Shown here piece by piece: positions 1-9,350 of a stretch of DNA of 64,000 bases. Position numbers and translations under genes: made by a program. The stretch spans positions 1,536,001 through 1,600,000 of the forward strand of contig CAVYGB010000010.1 of the NCBI GenBank assembly GCA_963767925.1, read 5' to 3'. The stretch's first letter is position 1. The number at the start of each line of letters is the position of its first letter. The notes under the pieces were generated by a model. It did not search any database. It had not been told where the DNA came from and was given only the letters and a program-made list of their open reading frames with translations. Origin of the DNA: an uncultured delta proteobacterium. GTDB lineage: Bacteria > Myxococcota_A > Polyangia > Fen-1088.

Positions 1-1
1 G

Positions 2-529
2 GTGGTGGTGGTGATGATCGGGATCCTGTCGGCGGCCGCCTACCCCTACATGGGGCGAGATCGACGGGCCAACGAGGGGCGGGACTTCGCCAGCGAGGTC
101 GCCCGCGCCTTCCAGCTCGCCCGCTCGCGGGCGGTGGCCGAGCGCGTCTCGACGCGGGCCTTCATCTATTCGGACCGGGTCGAGCTGCGCGGCTGGGTGG
201 CGGGCGACGACCCCAACGACGTCCCCACCGCCCCCACCGTCTCCGACACGCCCTACTCCGTTCTGCTTACCCGGCCCGGGACCAGCGTCTTTGACGTCCT
301 CACCGCCACCACGCCGGCACCAACCGTGCAGGTCCTCACGACGACGACGCCCGTGCAGATCGACTTCAACAGCCAGGGACAGATGCAGATCGTGGGACAA
401 GCCCCCCTGATTTCGGCCTTCGTCTTCTTACGAAACACGAACTTGCCGGTGGGCGTCCCCAACCGCGACTTTCGCGTCGACATCCGGGCGTCGACCGGTT
501 ACGTGGGCGTCCGCAACCGATGGGATTGA
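2..529 (+). CDS. Type IV minor pilin, FimU/FimT/GspH-like (5' partial)
   Basis: Hydrophobic pilin helix VVVMIGILSAAAYP followed by an ARSRAVAE motif; first of three translationally coupled pilin-like genes; start lies outside the window. Confidence 0.7.
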   Translation: MVVVMIGILSAAAYPYMGRDRRANEGRDFASEVARAFQLARSRAVAERVSTRAFIYSDRVELRGWVAGDDPNDVPTAPTVSDTPYSVLLTRPGTSVFDVLTATTPAPTVQVLTTTTPVQIDFNSQGQMQIVGQAPLISAFVFLRNTNLPVGVPNRDFRVDIRASTGYVGVRNRWD

Positions 530-981
530 TGATGACGAGAGTACCCCGCCGCCGGGAGGGCGGTTTCACCTTGATCGAGGTCCTCATCGCTGTGCTGGTG
601 GCGATGGTGGGACTGCTGGGGACGGTGGCGGTCCAGCAAGCGGGCCTCAACGCCGCCATCAACGTCAACGACTCCCAGGTGGCGATGCGCCTGGCCACCA
701 TGAGCCTCGAGCAGTTCAACACCCGGCGCACCCAGCTCAGCCCCTTCATCGACCTGCTCAACCCCGTGGCCACCGGCGAGTGGACGACCCCGGTGTTCCT
801 CGATGCCCAGGGACGCTCGGCCGCCGCCCTCTCTGGCACCAACCGCTGGCGCCTGCGGACCCGGGTCACGAACACCGGCGCCACCCGCCCCTACAACATC
901 TCGGTCGAGGTGCTCTACGCGCTCGACAGCGGCTCGTCCAAGACCCTGCAACTCGACGCCGAGCGGAGGAAGACCTGGTGA
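529..981 (+). CDS. Type IV minor pilin, PilV-like
   Basis: Class III signal RREGG|FTLIEVLIAVLV; ATG overlaps the upstream TGA (TGATG). Confidence 0.8.
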   Translation: MMTRVPRRREGGFTLIEVLIAVLVAMVGLLGTVAVQQAGLNAAINVNDSQVAMRLATMSLEQFNTRRTQLSPFIDLLNPVATGEWTTPVFLDAQGRSAAALSGTNRWRLRTRVTNTGATRPYNISVEVLYALDSGSSKTLQLDAERRKTW

Positions 982-2147
982 AGCGCGCGCCCGGCCGGCG
1001 GAGCCAGAGCGGCCTCACCATCGTCGAGCTCCTCATCACGATCGTGATCGCCTCGATCCTCTCGGTCGCCACCTTCACCTTCTTCGCGGGCCAGCAGCGG
1101 ATCTACGACGTCCAGACCGAGCTGCTCAACATGCAGCAGAACCTCTGGGCGGGCATGGAGACGCTGGCCCGCTACGCCCGGGCCACGGGGGCCGGCATGG
1201 CCGACTGCGTGCGCGACGACCAGACCGGCCCCGACGACGGCGACCCCGCCCCCGGCGGCGCCGTCATGCCCGCCACCGGCCTGCGCATGTGGCGCAACAG
1301 CGCCTTTTCCCGCGTCCCTCCGCTCTGGATCCAGAACGGCGCCGACGGCGCCCCCGACACCATCACGATCGCCTACGGCGAGGGGTCCTCGGGCGCCTTC
1401 ACCGACGCCTCCCTGCGCACCACCATCCCCATCGGCCAGTCCGCCGCCGACATCGTCACCACCCTGGGGGAGAGCGCCGCCTTCGTGGCCGACGAGTTCG
1501 CCCTGCTGGTCGACTCGAACACCGCCGACGGCGACCGGGGCTGCATGTTGTTCCAGATCACCGGCGTCGTGCCCGGCACCGACACCTTGCTCCACAACGG
1601 CACCACCTCGACCTGGAACACGCTGGCCAACATCGCGGCCATGGTCCCCAACGCCTACAACGGCAACGTCGATCCCACCGTCGCCACCGGCGGCGTTCGC
1701 CGGTTCGGGACGCTGACCTACGTGCAGTTCGCCATCGACTCGACCGGGGCGCCGGCGGTCGCCCCCCGCCTCACCATGAACGTGTTGACCGGCACCCAGG
1801 GCCCCCAGATCCTGGCCGACGGCATCGAGGACATGCAGATCGCCTACGCCTGCGACCTGGTGCCCGCCGGCGCGGTCGACGGCGTGTTGACCGAGGGGGC
1901 CACCACCGCCGCCCGGCTCACCGACGAGTGGGTCTACAACCACGCCGCGGACGTCCCGCCCATCCTGTGCAAGCGTCCCGCTGCCATCCGCATCACCCTC
2001 ATCGTCCGCTCGAGCAACACCGACGTCACGCTGACCGACTTCCCGGGCAACGCCAAGCCCGCCGCCGAGGACGGCGCCGCCGGCACCGTCGACCTCTTCC
2101 GCCACCGGGTGGCCACCACCACCGTCTACCCCCGCAACAACAACTGA
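978..2147 (+). CDS. Type IV minor pilin, PilW-like
   Basis: GTG overlaps the upstream stop; class III signal SQSG|LTIVELLITIVI; PilW-type motifs LADGIEDMQIAY and a C-terminal TVYPRN. Confidence 0.8.
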   Translation: MKRAPGRRSQSGLTIVELLITIVIASILSVATFTFFAGQQRIYDVQTELLNMQQNLWAGMETLARYARATGAGMADCVRDDQTGPDDGDPAPGGAVMPATGLRMWRNSAFSRVPPLWIQNGADGAPDTITIAYGEGSSGAFTDASLRTTIPIGQSAADIVTTLGESAAFVADEFALLVDSNTADGDRGCMLFQITGVVPGTDTLLHNGTTSTWNTLANIAAMVPNAYNGNVDPTVATGGVRRFGTLTYVQFAIDSTGAPAVAPRLTMNVLTGTQGPQILADGIEDMQIAYACDLVPAGAVDGVLTEGATTAARLTDEWVYNHAADVPPILCKRPAAIRITLIVRSSNTDVTLTDFPGNAKPAAEDGAAGTVDLFRHRVATTTVYPRNNN

Positions 2148-2172
2148 GTGGGGCCGCCTCTCGGAGCGCCGG

Positions 2173-2964
2173 TCACGGCAGCTCGCAGTCCCCCTCGTCG
2201 CACTGGCCGGGCTCGGGCTCGCCGTCGGTGCCGGGGCAGCCGATGTCGCCGAGGACGTAGCGGACGCCGCCGCAGATGAGGGTGAGGACATCCTCCTCCT
2301 TGTTCCACTCGCCCCGGGCCACCTCCTGACCGCCCGGTCGCTGGAACGCCCAGCCCTCGACCTCGTCCTCCGACGAGCCGGTCATGACCAGCGTGTAGCA
2401 ATCGCTGCCGTCGGGCTTCTTGACCGCCATGGTCGTGACGAAGGCGCCGTCGTCCGACCCGGAGTAGACCCGGGTCGACTGCTTGCGCACGTCGTTCTCG
2501 TAGCAGTAGTTGCTCAGCGTCGAGGAGACCTCCTCGCTGGTACAGACCGAGTCGTGGCTGGTGCAGGCCGCCGTCAACTGCAGGAGATCGGGACAGTTGA
2601 TCTGCTCGCAGGCCCTGACCATGACCACCGCGTCCGTCGCCGTGTCGGCCGGCCGATCGGGGCCGCTGTCGGGCGGCGACCCGACCGCCACCTCGCGCGC
2701 TGGCGCGTCGGGGGTCCCGACCGGCGCCGGTCCGTCGCGGCTGCCCGGCGCCGGGTCGACCCGGGCGTCGCTGCGAGCCCCCCCGGCTCCCCCGCCCGCG
2801 CCGCCGGGACCACCGGGGGCACCACCGGGCGGGATGGTGAACCCGCCGGCGCCACCACCACCCCCGTCGGGTTCACTCGTGATGAGGTAGGGCCGATCGC
2901 AGGCCTCTGTGAACAACAGGAAAACTGTCGCGACGAACGCCGGACCGAGGCTCGGACTTCGCAT
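2173..2964 (-). CDS. Hypothetical exported or lipoprotein with Gly/Pro linker and Cys-containing C-terminal domain
   Basis: AGGAG upstream of the ATG at 2964; signal-like N-terminus ending TEAC; low-complexity linker; several Cys in the C-terminal half. Confidence 0.6.
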   Translation of the reverse strand: MRSPSLGPAFVATVFLLFTEACDRPYLITSEPDGGGGGAGGFTIPPGGAPGGPGGAGGGAGGARSDARVDPAPGSRDGPAPVGTPDAPAREVAVGSPPDSGPDRPADTATDAVVMVRACEQINCPDLLQLTAACTSHDSVCTSEEVSSTLSNYCYENDVRKQSTRVYSGSDDGAFVTTMAVKKPDGSDCYTLVMTGSSEDEVEGWAFQRPGGQEVARGEWNKEEDVLTLICGGVRYVLGDIGCPGTDGEPEPGQCDEGDCELP

Positions 2965-3065
2965 GGGACCGCTCCTGTAAGTTTGAATAGGTCTTACGAG
3001 CGGCTCCATTTTCGGGGTAACCCCCGGCACCGGTCAATAAAAACAGTAGGCGCGAATACGGCAGC

Positions 3066-4112
3066 TTATCGGGAGCTTGCAAACGTTTCGCTGGCCTGCG
3101 GCGCGCCCTGAGCGCGGCGCAGCGCCAGGAACTCACGGAGTGCGCGGCGGTGAATCAGCGCAGATACCAGCCCGACCGCGAGGTTCACCAGCACCGTCGC
3201 CGCGTGCGACAGCACCGCGATCGCCGCGGCTTCGGCCTCGCTGGCGCCCAGCGCGCGCGCCGCCCAGGTGCAGGCCAGCAGGTAGACGCCCGTGCCGATC
3301 GGCAGCCCGGGCGTGAACTGCCCCAGCGTGATGGCCCCCAGCAGGAGCCAGCCCCCGGCCAGCCCCGCCTCGGCCCCCACGAAGGCGAGCGACAGCCCGT
3401 AAGCCAGGCCGGCGGCCGCCGGCGGTCCGAAACCGGCGAGCAGGCCGCGCCCCAGCCGGCGCAACGAGCCCACCCCGCGGACGCCCGCCGACACCGCCTC
3501 GAGGAACTGGCGCAGCCGCCGCGCCTTGCCCGAAGCGCGCAGGCGATCGGCCAGGCGAGGCGCGCCCAGTCCCAGCAGCACGAGCAGCAGCGCCAGCGCC
3601 GCCACCAGGACCAAGCCGGCCAGCGCGGTCCGCCCGAGCGGATTCCCTCCCGCGAACGGCGCGCTGAGGGCGATGGCGGTGACCAGGGCAGCCACCTCCA
3701 GCAGCTTGGCCACCAGCAGCGACGCGAGCAGCTCGACCACCGAGCGCCCGACCTTGCGCGCGGCGAACCAGGCGGTGACGAGCAGCCCGAGCCGAGCGGG
3801 CAGCGTGTTGTGCACCAGGGCCCCGATGGCCAGGGCGTGGTAGCGCACGCGGAACGTGGGCACCGGCGGCGGAGCGGTGAACCCCCACATGTTGGCGCGC
3901 AGGGCAGGCAGCAGCGCGCTCAACGCGATGAAGGGCACCAGCCAGGTGGCGTGCGCGGGGAGATCGTCGAGCCAGCCCCCGAGCTCGAAGCGCGGCACCA
4001 GCGCAAATCCTGCGTCGGATCGGGTCGGCCGGTAAAACGCCAGCGTCAGCGCCGCCGCGCTCGTCGCCACCCCCAGCAACGCCATGAGTCCTCGTCGCAG
4101 CCACCCGGGCAT
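3066..4112 (-). CDS. Lysylphosphatidylglycerol synthase TM / flippase-like membrane protein (UPF0104-like)
   Basis: Multiple TM helices; family-like motifs HNTLPARLG and TPGLPIGTGVY. Confidence 0.7.
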   Translation of the reverse strand: MPGWLRRGLMALLGVATSAAALTLAFYRPTRSDAGFALVPRFELGGWLDDLPAHATWLVPFIALSALLPALRANMWGFTAPPPVPTFRVRYHALAIGALVHNTLPARLGLLVTAWFAARKVGRSVVELLASLLVAKLLEVAALVTAIALSAPFAGGNPLGRTALAGLVLVAALALLLVLLGLGAPRLADRLRASGKARRLRQFLEAVSAGVRGVGSLRRLGRGLLAGFGPPAAAGLAYGLSLAFVGAEAGLAGGWLLLGAITLGQFTPGLPIGTGVYLLACTWAARALGASEAEAAAIAVLSHAATVLVNLAVGLVSALIHRRALREFLALRRAQGAPQASETFASSR

Positions 4113-4210
4113 GCCTCCACAGTGGGGCCGCCAGCAAGGGCCTGGCCATGGTCCCGGGGCGCCCCCGATGGCGCCGGGCGCCCCCTCTGGCCAAAACCTC
4201 GATCGGACCC

Positions 4211-4747
4211 ATGGTCGCCATCGTGGTGTCAGCGGGAGGTATCCAGGCCGCGGTCGCGGCGCTGTTGCTCGCTCAGGCGGAGACGCCGGCAGGTCTGGCC
4301 GGAGCCGACGCGCGCGAGCTGGCGCCTCCCGTCGATCCCGAGCCCGCCGCCACCCTCGAGGTGGCGCTCGATCAGCCCGCCGATCTTTCCGGGGCGGACG
4401 CGGACGTGATGGGGTGCGAGCTGACCGGGATCGAGCTCCTGCTCGACGGCACCTCGCTGAGCGCCCCGCTGCTTCCTGCCGCTAGCGGCGCCCGCCCGGT
4501 GTTCTCGGGCCTCGTCGCGCCCGGCCCGCACAACCTGGTGGCCCTCCTGTTCTTCCGCCCGCGCGCGCCCGACCCGGCCCGCAGCGCCGAGCCGCCGATC
4601 CGCCTGGTGGCCGAGCACCGGTTCCAGTCGCGGCCCACCCGCCCGCTGGTTCTACTGATCACGCCCGCCCGCCCGACCCCGGCCTGCGACGATCTCCCGC
4701 AGGTCCGCTTCGCCGCCGCGCCAGCGCCGCTGGCCGCCGCCGACTGA
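4211..4747 (+). CDS. Hypothetical secreted protein
   Basis: Signal-like N-terminus; GC3-rich codons; fills the gap between flanking genes. Confidence 0.5.
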   Translation: MVAIVVSAGGIQAAVAALLLAQAETPAGLAGADARELAPPVDPEPAATLEVALDQPADLSGADADVMGCELTGIELLLDGTSLSAPLLPAASGARPVFSGLVAPGPHNLVALLFFRPRAPDPARSAEPPIRLVAEHRFQSRPTRPLVLLITPARPTPACDDLPQVRFAAAPAPLAAAD

Positions 4748-4767
4748 CCTCGACCCCGGCGCCGGCT

Positions 4768-5943
4768 TCAGGGCAGGCCCGGGAGATTCATCGGGATCGA
4801 GCGGACGTTGGTTCCGGGACCGACGACAAGCAGCGTCTGTCCGTCGGCGCCGCCGAACGCGAGGTTGGTGCCCCCGCCGTATCCCCCCCGGCGCTGGCCC
4901 TCGGCGCTGAAGATGTTCCCCTGGGCGTAGACGTTGCCCCCGCAGTCGACCGCCATGCCGTCGCCGCCGGTGAACAGGTTGCGCCGGTTGGTGGCGAGGC
5001 CCCCTTCGTCGAGATCCCAGATGCCGCCGTTGAGGGCATAGAGCTGCCGCTCGTCGGGCGACAGGGCGATGCCGTTGGGGGGGCCGCCCTGGAAGACCCG
5101 GGTCAGCTCCCCCGCGGGATCGATCCGGAACAGGCCGGGGCCCACCCCGCGCGGGCGGTTGCCGAGCTCGAACGGGGGGTTGGTAAAGTAGATGCCGCCG
5201 TTGCTGTGGGCCACCAGATCGTTGGGGGTGTCGAGCATCTGGCCCATGAACGCGGCCGCCAGCGTGCGCGACTCACCCGTCGCAGGATCGAAGCGGACCA
5301 CCGAGCGGGACTGGTGGCAGGCGGCCAGCAGGCCGCCGTCGGGCGCCACCGCCAGGCCGTTGCAGCCGACGTCGCGCTGGAAGACCTCGCACCCCTCACC
5401 GGGCGTGTATTTGATGATGTCCCCGCGGGTCGGAGCCCGCTGGACGAAGTTGGTGAAGTAATAGGCGCCCTGGCTGGCGATCCAGGTCGGGCCCTCGTTG
5501 TACGTGTAGCTGAACTCGAAGTCCGCACACACCGCCTCGGCCGGTCCGGGCATGGGCGCGGGGAAGGGCCCCGCGGGGCAGCGGGCCCCCGCCGAGGGAG
5601 GCGCATCGGCGCGCGCGCCAATCCCCACGTCGGCCCGGCGGCCGGCGTCCACCCGCCCGGCATCGACCCGGCCGGCGTCAACGCGCCCGGAGTCCACGCG
5701 CCCCGCATCGACCCGGCCCGCGTCCCGGCGTCCGACGTCGGCGCCACCAGCATCGCGCCGCCCGCCCGCACCGCCCACCGGAATGACGCCGCCCCCTCCG
5801 CCGGTCCCGGCGACGCCACCCGGCGCCATCGGCGGTGGCGGCGGCCGGCCGCCATCGAGCGGCGGGAAGGGCGGATCATCGGGGGTGCAGGATCCGAGCA
5901 GGAGAGAAAAGGTTCCGAGGACGACGAGGGGCCCGAGCTTCAT
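4768..5943 (-). CDS. SMP-30/gluconolactonase family lipoprotein
   Basis: Lipobox LLGSC; motifs EGPTW, GCNGLA, TPNDL, PNGIALSPD, GDGMAVD, TNLAFGG. Confidence 0.9.
   Translation of the reverse strand: MKLGPLVVLGTFSLLLGSCTPDDPPFPPLDGGRPPPPPMAPGGVAGTGGGGGVIPVGGAGGRRDAGGADVGRRDAGRVDAGRVDSGRVDAGRVDAGRVDAGRRADVGIGARADAPPSAGARCPAGPFPAPMPGPAEAVCADFEFSYTYNEGPTWIASQGAYYFTNFVQRAPTRGDIIKYTPGEGCEVFQRDVGCNGLAVAPDGGLLAACHQSRSVVRFDPATGESRTLAAAFMGQMLDTPNDLVAHSNGGIYFTNPPFELGNRPRGVGPGLFRIDPAGELTRVFQGGPPNGIALSPDERQLYALNGGIWDLDEGGLATNRRNLFTGGDGMAVDCGGNVYAQGNIFSAEGQRRGGYGGGTNLAFGGADGQTLLVVGPGTNVRSIPMNLPGLP
5636..5762 (-). repeat. Degenerate 15-bp coding tandem repeat (DAGRV pentapeptide)
   Basis: Protein reads DAGRV DAGRV DSGRV DAGRV DAGRV DAGRR in the linker. 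Confidence 0.8.
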
Positions 5944-6015
5944 GGCCGATCTGTATCACCACTTCACCTGCCCCCGCGCCTGCGGACTCGTTTTGCGACG
6001 CGCGATCTCGCGAGA

Positions 6016-7338
6016 TCAGGGACGGACTGCAGACAGCTCGTAACGGAATGGTTTCCAATCGCCGGCAGCCAGCTCGCGCGCCGCCAGCTCCCAGATGACG
6101 ACCTTCTTGCCAGCGAGCCGATCCTCGCCGGCGCCGAGCGCCTCGCTCAGCAGCTTGCGGGTGGCGAAGGCCCCCGAGTCGTTCTGGGCGATGAGATCGA
6201 TATCGCGCCCCAGCGCCCGGGCCAGGTGGGGCGCCAGCCCCGCCGCCTCGCCCCAGCCCATCGACGGCGACGAGAACACGTTGGTGAAGCTGTCCCCCAG
6301 CAGCAAGACGTCGGCCGTCTCCCGGGGCTGCCAGGGCTGCCCGTCGGCCGTCTGCACCTGGTTCACGGTGACGGTCGCCGGCGCGAACACCCCCTGGTCC
6401 TCGGGCAGCTTCAACATGTCGACGATGTCGCCGACCCGCGAGACGGTCTGGGGGACCACCTTCCAGGCCGGCGCCGCCACGGGCGGCAGCGGCACCTGGT
6501 GGCGCACGAAGCGCGCGAGCTGCCCCGCCACCTCCTCCATCCAGGCCGGGGTCCAGTGGGTGTCCTGGGCCAGGAAACGCGCCGGAGTCCCCGCCACCAC
6601 CTCGGAGGGCGAGGGATCGAACACCAGCACGCCGCTGGCCCGCATCTCGACGACGAAGCGCCGGTAGTCCAGGTTGCTGACCGCCGGGACGCGCGCCCCG
6701 CCCCGGCCGTGCAGCTCGTGCGGCTGCAACGCGGCCTTGTCGGGCACGGGGAAGAGCACCAGGCGGATCCCCCGCCGGGCCAGCGCCCGGGAGAACTCCA
6801 CCACCGCCGGCCGCGGGTCGGGGTGGATGGCCGCCTCGCCGGCGTCGAGCGCCGCCTTGACCCGGGTCTGCTGCAGCTCGTGGTCGAGGAACCCGGGCCC
6901 GCCGACGTAGAGGACGCCGGGGGTGTAATACAGCCAGCCCGAGGCCCCCACCACCGCCTTGCTGTTGCCCACCCGCCCCCAGCGGGTCAACGCGGCCTGC
7001 AGCCGCGGCTGCACGAATTCCTTGGGGTAGGAGGCGCTCTCGAGGTCCTTCTCGTACTGGTGCAGGCTCTCGCGGGTGGGCGGCCGGGTGAAGACGTCGG
7101 CCAGCATGCTCTCCTCGTCGCGCACCTTCTCCAGCACGGCCTGGGCCAGCGGCACGCTGTAGATGACGAGGAGGAAGGTCAGCGCCAGGCCCCAGGCCAG
7201 GCGCCGGGAGATGCGGGTGCGCAGGAAGCCCCGCCGCAGCTCCTCGTCGTGGGAGGGATCGGTCGGTCCACCCCGGTGGCCGGCGCCCGGGACGAGCAGG
7301 GACGACGAAGCGCGGGGGTCCGTGGTGGGGGTCGTCAT
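6016..7338 (-). CDS. AlgX/AlgJ-like SGNH O-acetyltransferase
   Basis: N-terminal TM helix; motifs PVPDK, DTHWT, LLGDSF, VVIWE; directly downstream of an AlgI-like MBOAT gene. Confidence 0.85.
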   Translation of the reverse strand: MTTPTTDPRASSSLLVPGAGHRGGPTDPSHDEELRRGFLRTRISRRLAWGLALTFLLVIYSVPLAQAVLEKVRDEESMLADVFTRPPTRESLHQYEKDLESASYPKEFVQPRLQAALTRWGRVGNSKAVVGASGWLYYTPGVLYVGGPGFLDHELQQTRVKAALDAGEAAIHPDPRPAVVEFSRALARRGIRLVLFPVPDKAALQPHELHGRGGARVPAVSNLDYRRFVVEMRASGVLVFDPSPSEVVAGTPARFLAQDTHWTPAWMEEVAGQLARFVRHQVPLPPVAAPAWKVVPQTVSRVGDIVDMLKLPEDQGVFAPATVTVNQVQTADGQPWQPRETADVLLLGDSFTNVFSSPSMGWGEAAGLAPHLARALGRDIDLIAQNDSGAFATRKLLSEALGAGEDRLAGKKVVIWELAARELAAGDWKPFRYELSAVRP

Positions 7339-7351
7339 GGGCCGCCTCCGA

Positions 7352-8815
7352 TCAGAACTGGAAATACAGGAACGGGTTGGTGGTCTGCGTCCACATCATG
7401 AGGATCGACAGCGCCAGCAGCGCCACCCCCGCCACCGCCCGGCCCACCCCGATGCGCGCGGTGAGGCTCCAGGTGTTGGGCATCGCGAACACGAGGAACG
7501 CCGCCAGCCCCAGCATGCCGGCGTGGTAGGGCGTGTAGAGCGACCCGGCGATGGCGTTGGCCGCGTAGCCCGCGTCGGACGCCCCGAACAGCGAGCGGAA
7601 GTAGCTCCAGGCCTGCCCCAGCGTCTTGGCCCGGAAGAACACCCAGGACAGACAGACGACGAAGAAGGTGATCCCCACCCGCACCGACCGGGGCAGCCGC
7701 CGGTAGGCGCTGTCTTTGCCCCCCGCCCGCTCGGCCGCCAGCATGCCGCCGTGGATGGCGCCCCAGATGACGAAGTTCCAGCTCGCCCCGTGCCACAGGC
7801 CGCCGAGCAACATCACCGTCATCAGGTTGACGTAGGTGCGCCCCTCCCCCTTCCGGTTGCCGCCCAGGGGGATGTAGAGGTAGTCGCGCAGCCAGGTCGA
7901 CAGGCTGATGTGCCAGCGCCGCCAGAAGTCGGTGATGCTGTCGGACTGGTAGGGCGAATCGAAGTTCTGGATGAGCACGAAGCCCATCATCAAGGCCAGC
8001 CCCACCGCCATGTCCGAGTAGCCCGAGAAGTCGAAGTAGATCTGGAAGGCGTACCCCACCAGCCCGAACCAGGCGTCGGCCGGCGCGAGCGGCCCGCTCG
8101 CGAAGGCGGTGTCGGCGATGTGCCCCATCGGGTTGGCGATGAGGATCTTCTTGGCCATCCCCAGCGAGAAGAACATCACCCCCCGGGCGAACTTGTCGGC
8201 GGTGTGCTGGCGCACCCGCATCTGCTCTTCCATGGCGGCGTAGCGGATGATGGGGCCCGCCACCAGGTCCGGGAAAAACGCCTCGAAGCACATGTAATCG
8301 GTGAACCGGCGCATGGGCCGGGCGTCGCCCCGATACACGTCGATGACGTAGCTCATCGCCTTGAAGGTGTAAAAGGAGATGCCGACCGGGAGCACGAGGT
8401 GCAGCACCGGCACCAGGCCCTCCCCGCCCAGCCCGAAGAAGCGGGCCATGGCGTTGACGTTCTCCGCGACGAAGCCGGTGTATTTGAACGCCGCCAGCAG
8501 ACCGAGGTTGGTCACGATGGAGGCCACCAGCGCCACCCGCATGCCGCGCGTGCGCGGCACCTGGGGACCGATGACCGGGGGCAGCCCCCCCGGCTCGTCG
8601 GGCAGGCGGGACAGCCGCAGCAGGATCAGGCCGCAGACGTAGTCGACGCTGCAGCCGAAGAACATGATCACGGCCCAGATCGGGTTCGCCCAGCCGTAAA
8701 AGACGTAGCTGGAGATCGCCAGGAAGGCCGTGCGCCAGCGGAACGGCAGGGCGTAGTAGAGGGCGAGGACGAGGGGCAGGAAGTAAAACAGGAAGACGTG
8801 CGTCGAGAAGACCAT
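7352..8815 (-). CDS. MBOAT O-acyltransferase, AlgI family
   Basis: MVFSTHVFLFYFLP start; LPVGISFYTF, DFSGYSDMA, FWRRWHISLSTWLRDYLYIPLGG, GLWHGA; ends PFLYFQF. Confidence 0.95.
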   Translation of the reverse strand: MVFSTHVFLFYFLPLVLALYYALPFRWRTAFLAISSYVFYGWANPIWAVIMFFGCSVDYVCGLILLRLSRLPDEPGGLPPVIGPQVPRTRGMRVALVASIVTNLGLLAAFKYTGFVAENVNAMARFFGLGGEGLVPVLHLVLPVGISFYTFKAMSYVIDVYRGDARPMRRFTDYMCFEAFFPDLVAGPIIRYAAMEEQMRVRQHTADKFARGVMFFSLGMAKKILIANPMGHIADTAFASGPLAPADAWFGLVGYAFQIYFDFSGYSDMAVGLALMMGFVLIQNFDSPYQSDSITDFWRRWHISLSTWLRDYLYIPLGGNRKGEGRTYVNLMTVMLLGGLWHGASWNFVIWGAIHGGMLAAERAGGKDSAYRRLPRSVRVGITFFVVCLSWVFFRAKTLGQAWSYFRSLFGASDAGYAANAIAGSLYTPYHAGMLGLAAFLVFAMPNTWSLTARIGVGRAVAGVALLALSILMMWTQTTNPFLYFQF

Positions 8816-8924
8816 CGGTGCTCCGGGGCTGGCTGCCCGGCACCCTATCACCGCTGCGCCCCTGCGCGACGCAGCTACGCATACCCGAACCGGGCGAACT
8901 ACCTGCCCGGTTCGATCAGCGCGC

Positions 8925-9119
8925 TCAGCCGAAGACGACGGCGATGGCGATGACCGCCGCGCAGATCGGCATCAGCCAGCGCAACTCGTCGTCCTCGTCG
9001 TCGCCGGGGCCGCCGGTGCGGCTCCGGAGCTCGAGCGCTCGTCGCTGAAAGAAGGTGGGTGCGGGCACCGCGACGGCGGCGGCCGCCTGTGCCCAGAGGC
9101 GGTTGATCCGAGACAGCAC
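8925..9119 (-). CDS. Small hypothetical protein with C-terminal TM helix
   Basis: 64 aa; acidic patch followed by hydrophobic WLMPICAAVIAIAVVFG; same strand as, and upstream of, the MBOAT gene. Confidence 0.4.
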   Translation of the reverse strand: MLSRINRLWAQAAAAVAVPAPTFFQRRALELRSRTGGPGDDEDDELRWLMPICAAVIAIAVVFG

Positions 9120-9350
9120 GCGGTGTCTGGTGTGTCACGCGACCGGAGGCAAGGCCAGGGCTGTCTGTAGAAATTTCATGACGGCGCCTCGTCCTCACTC
9201 CGACAATCAAGCAAAATGTAGGAACTTTCCGCATTTCGTGCGTTCTGCAAAGTGACAAGTCTGTTGCGGTCAGGGGGGTCGGGATATAGTCCGCCTCCGC
9301 CCGCACATTTTGCGGCCCCCCGCTCGCCTGGGGGCCGGTGAAAGGACGTA

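Noticed and set aside
9120..9350. Riboswitch or ncRNA in the divergent region before the 971-aa gene
   Set aside because: Only an 8-bp hairpin (9313-9337) was seen; no aptamer consensus was recognisable by eye
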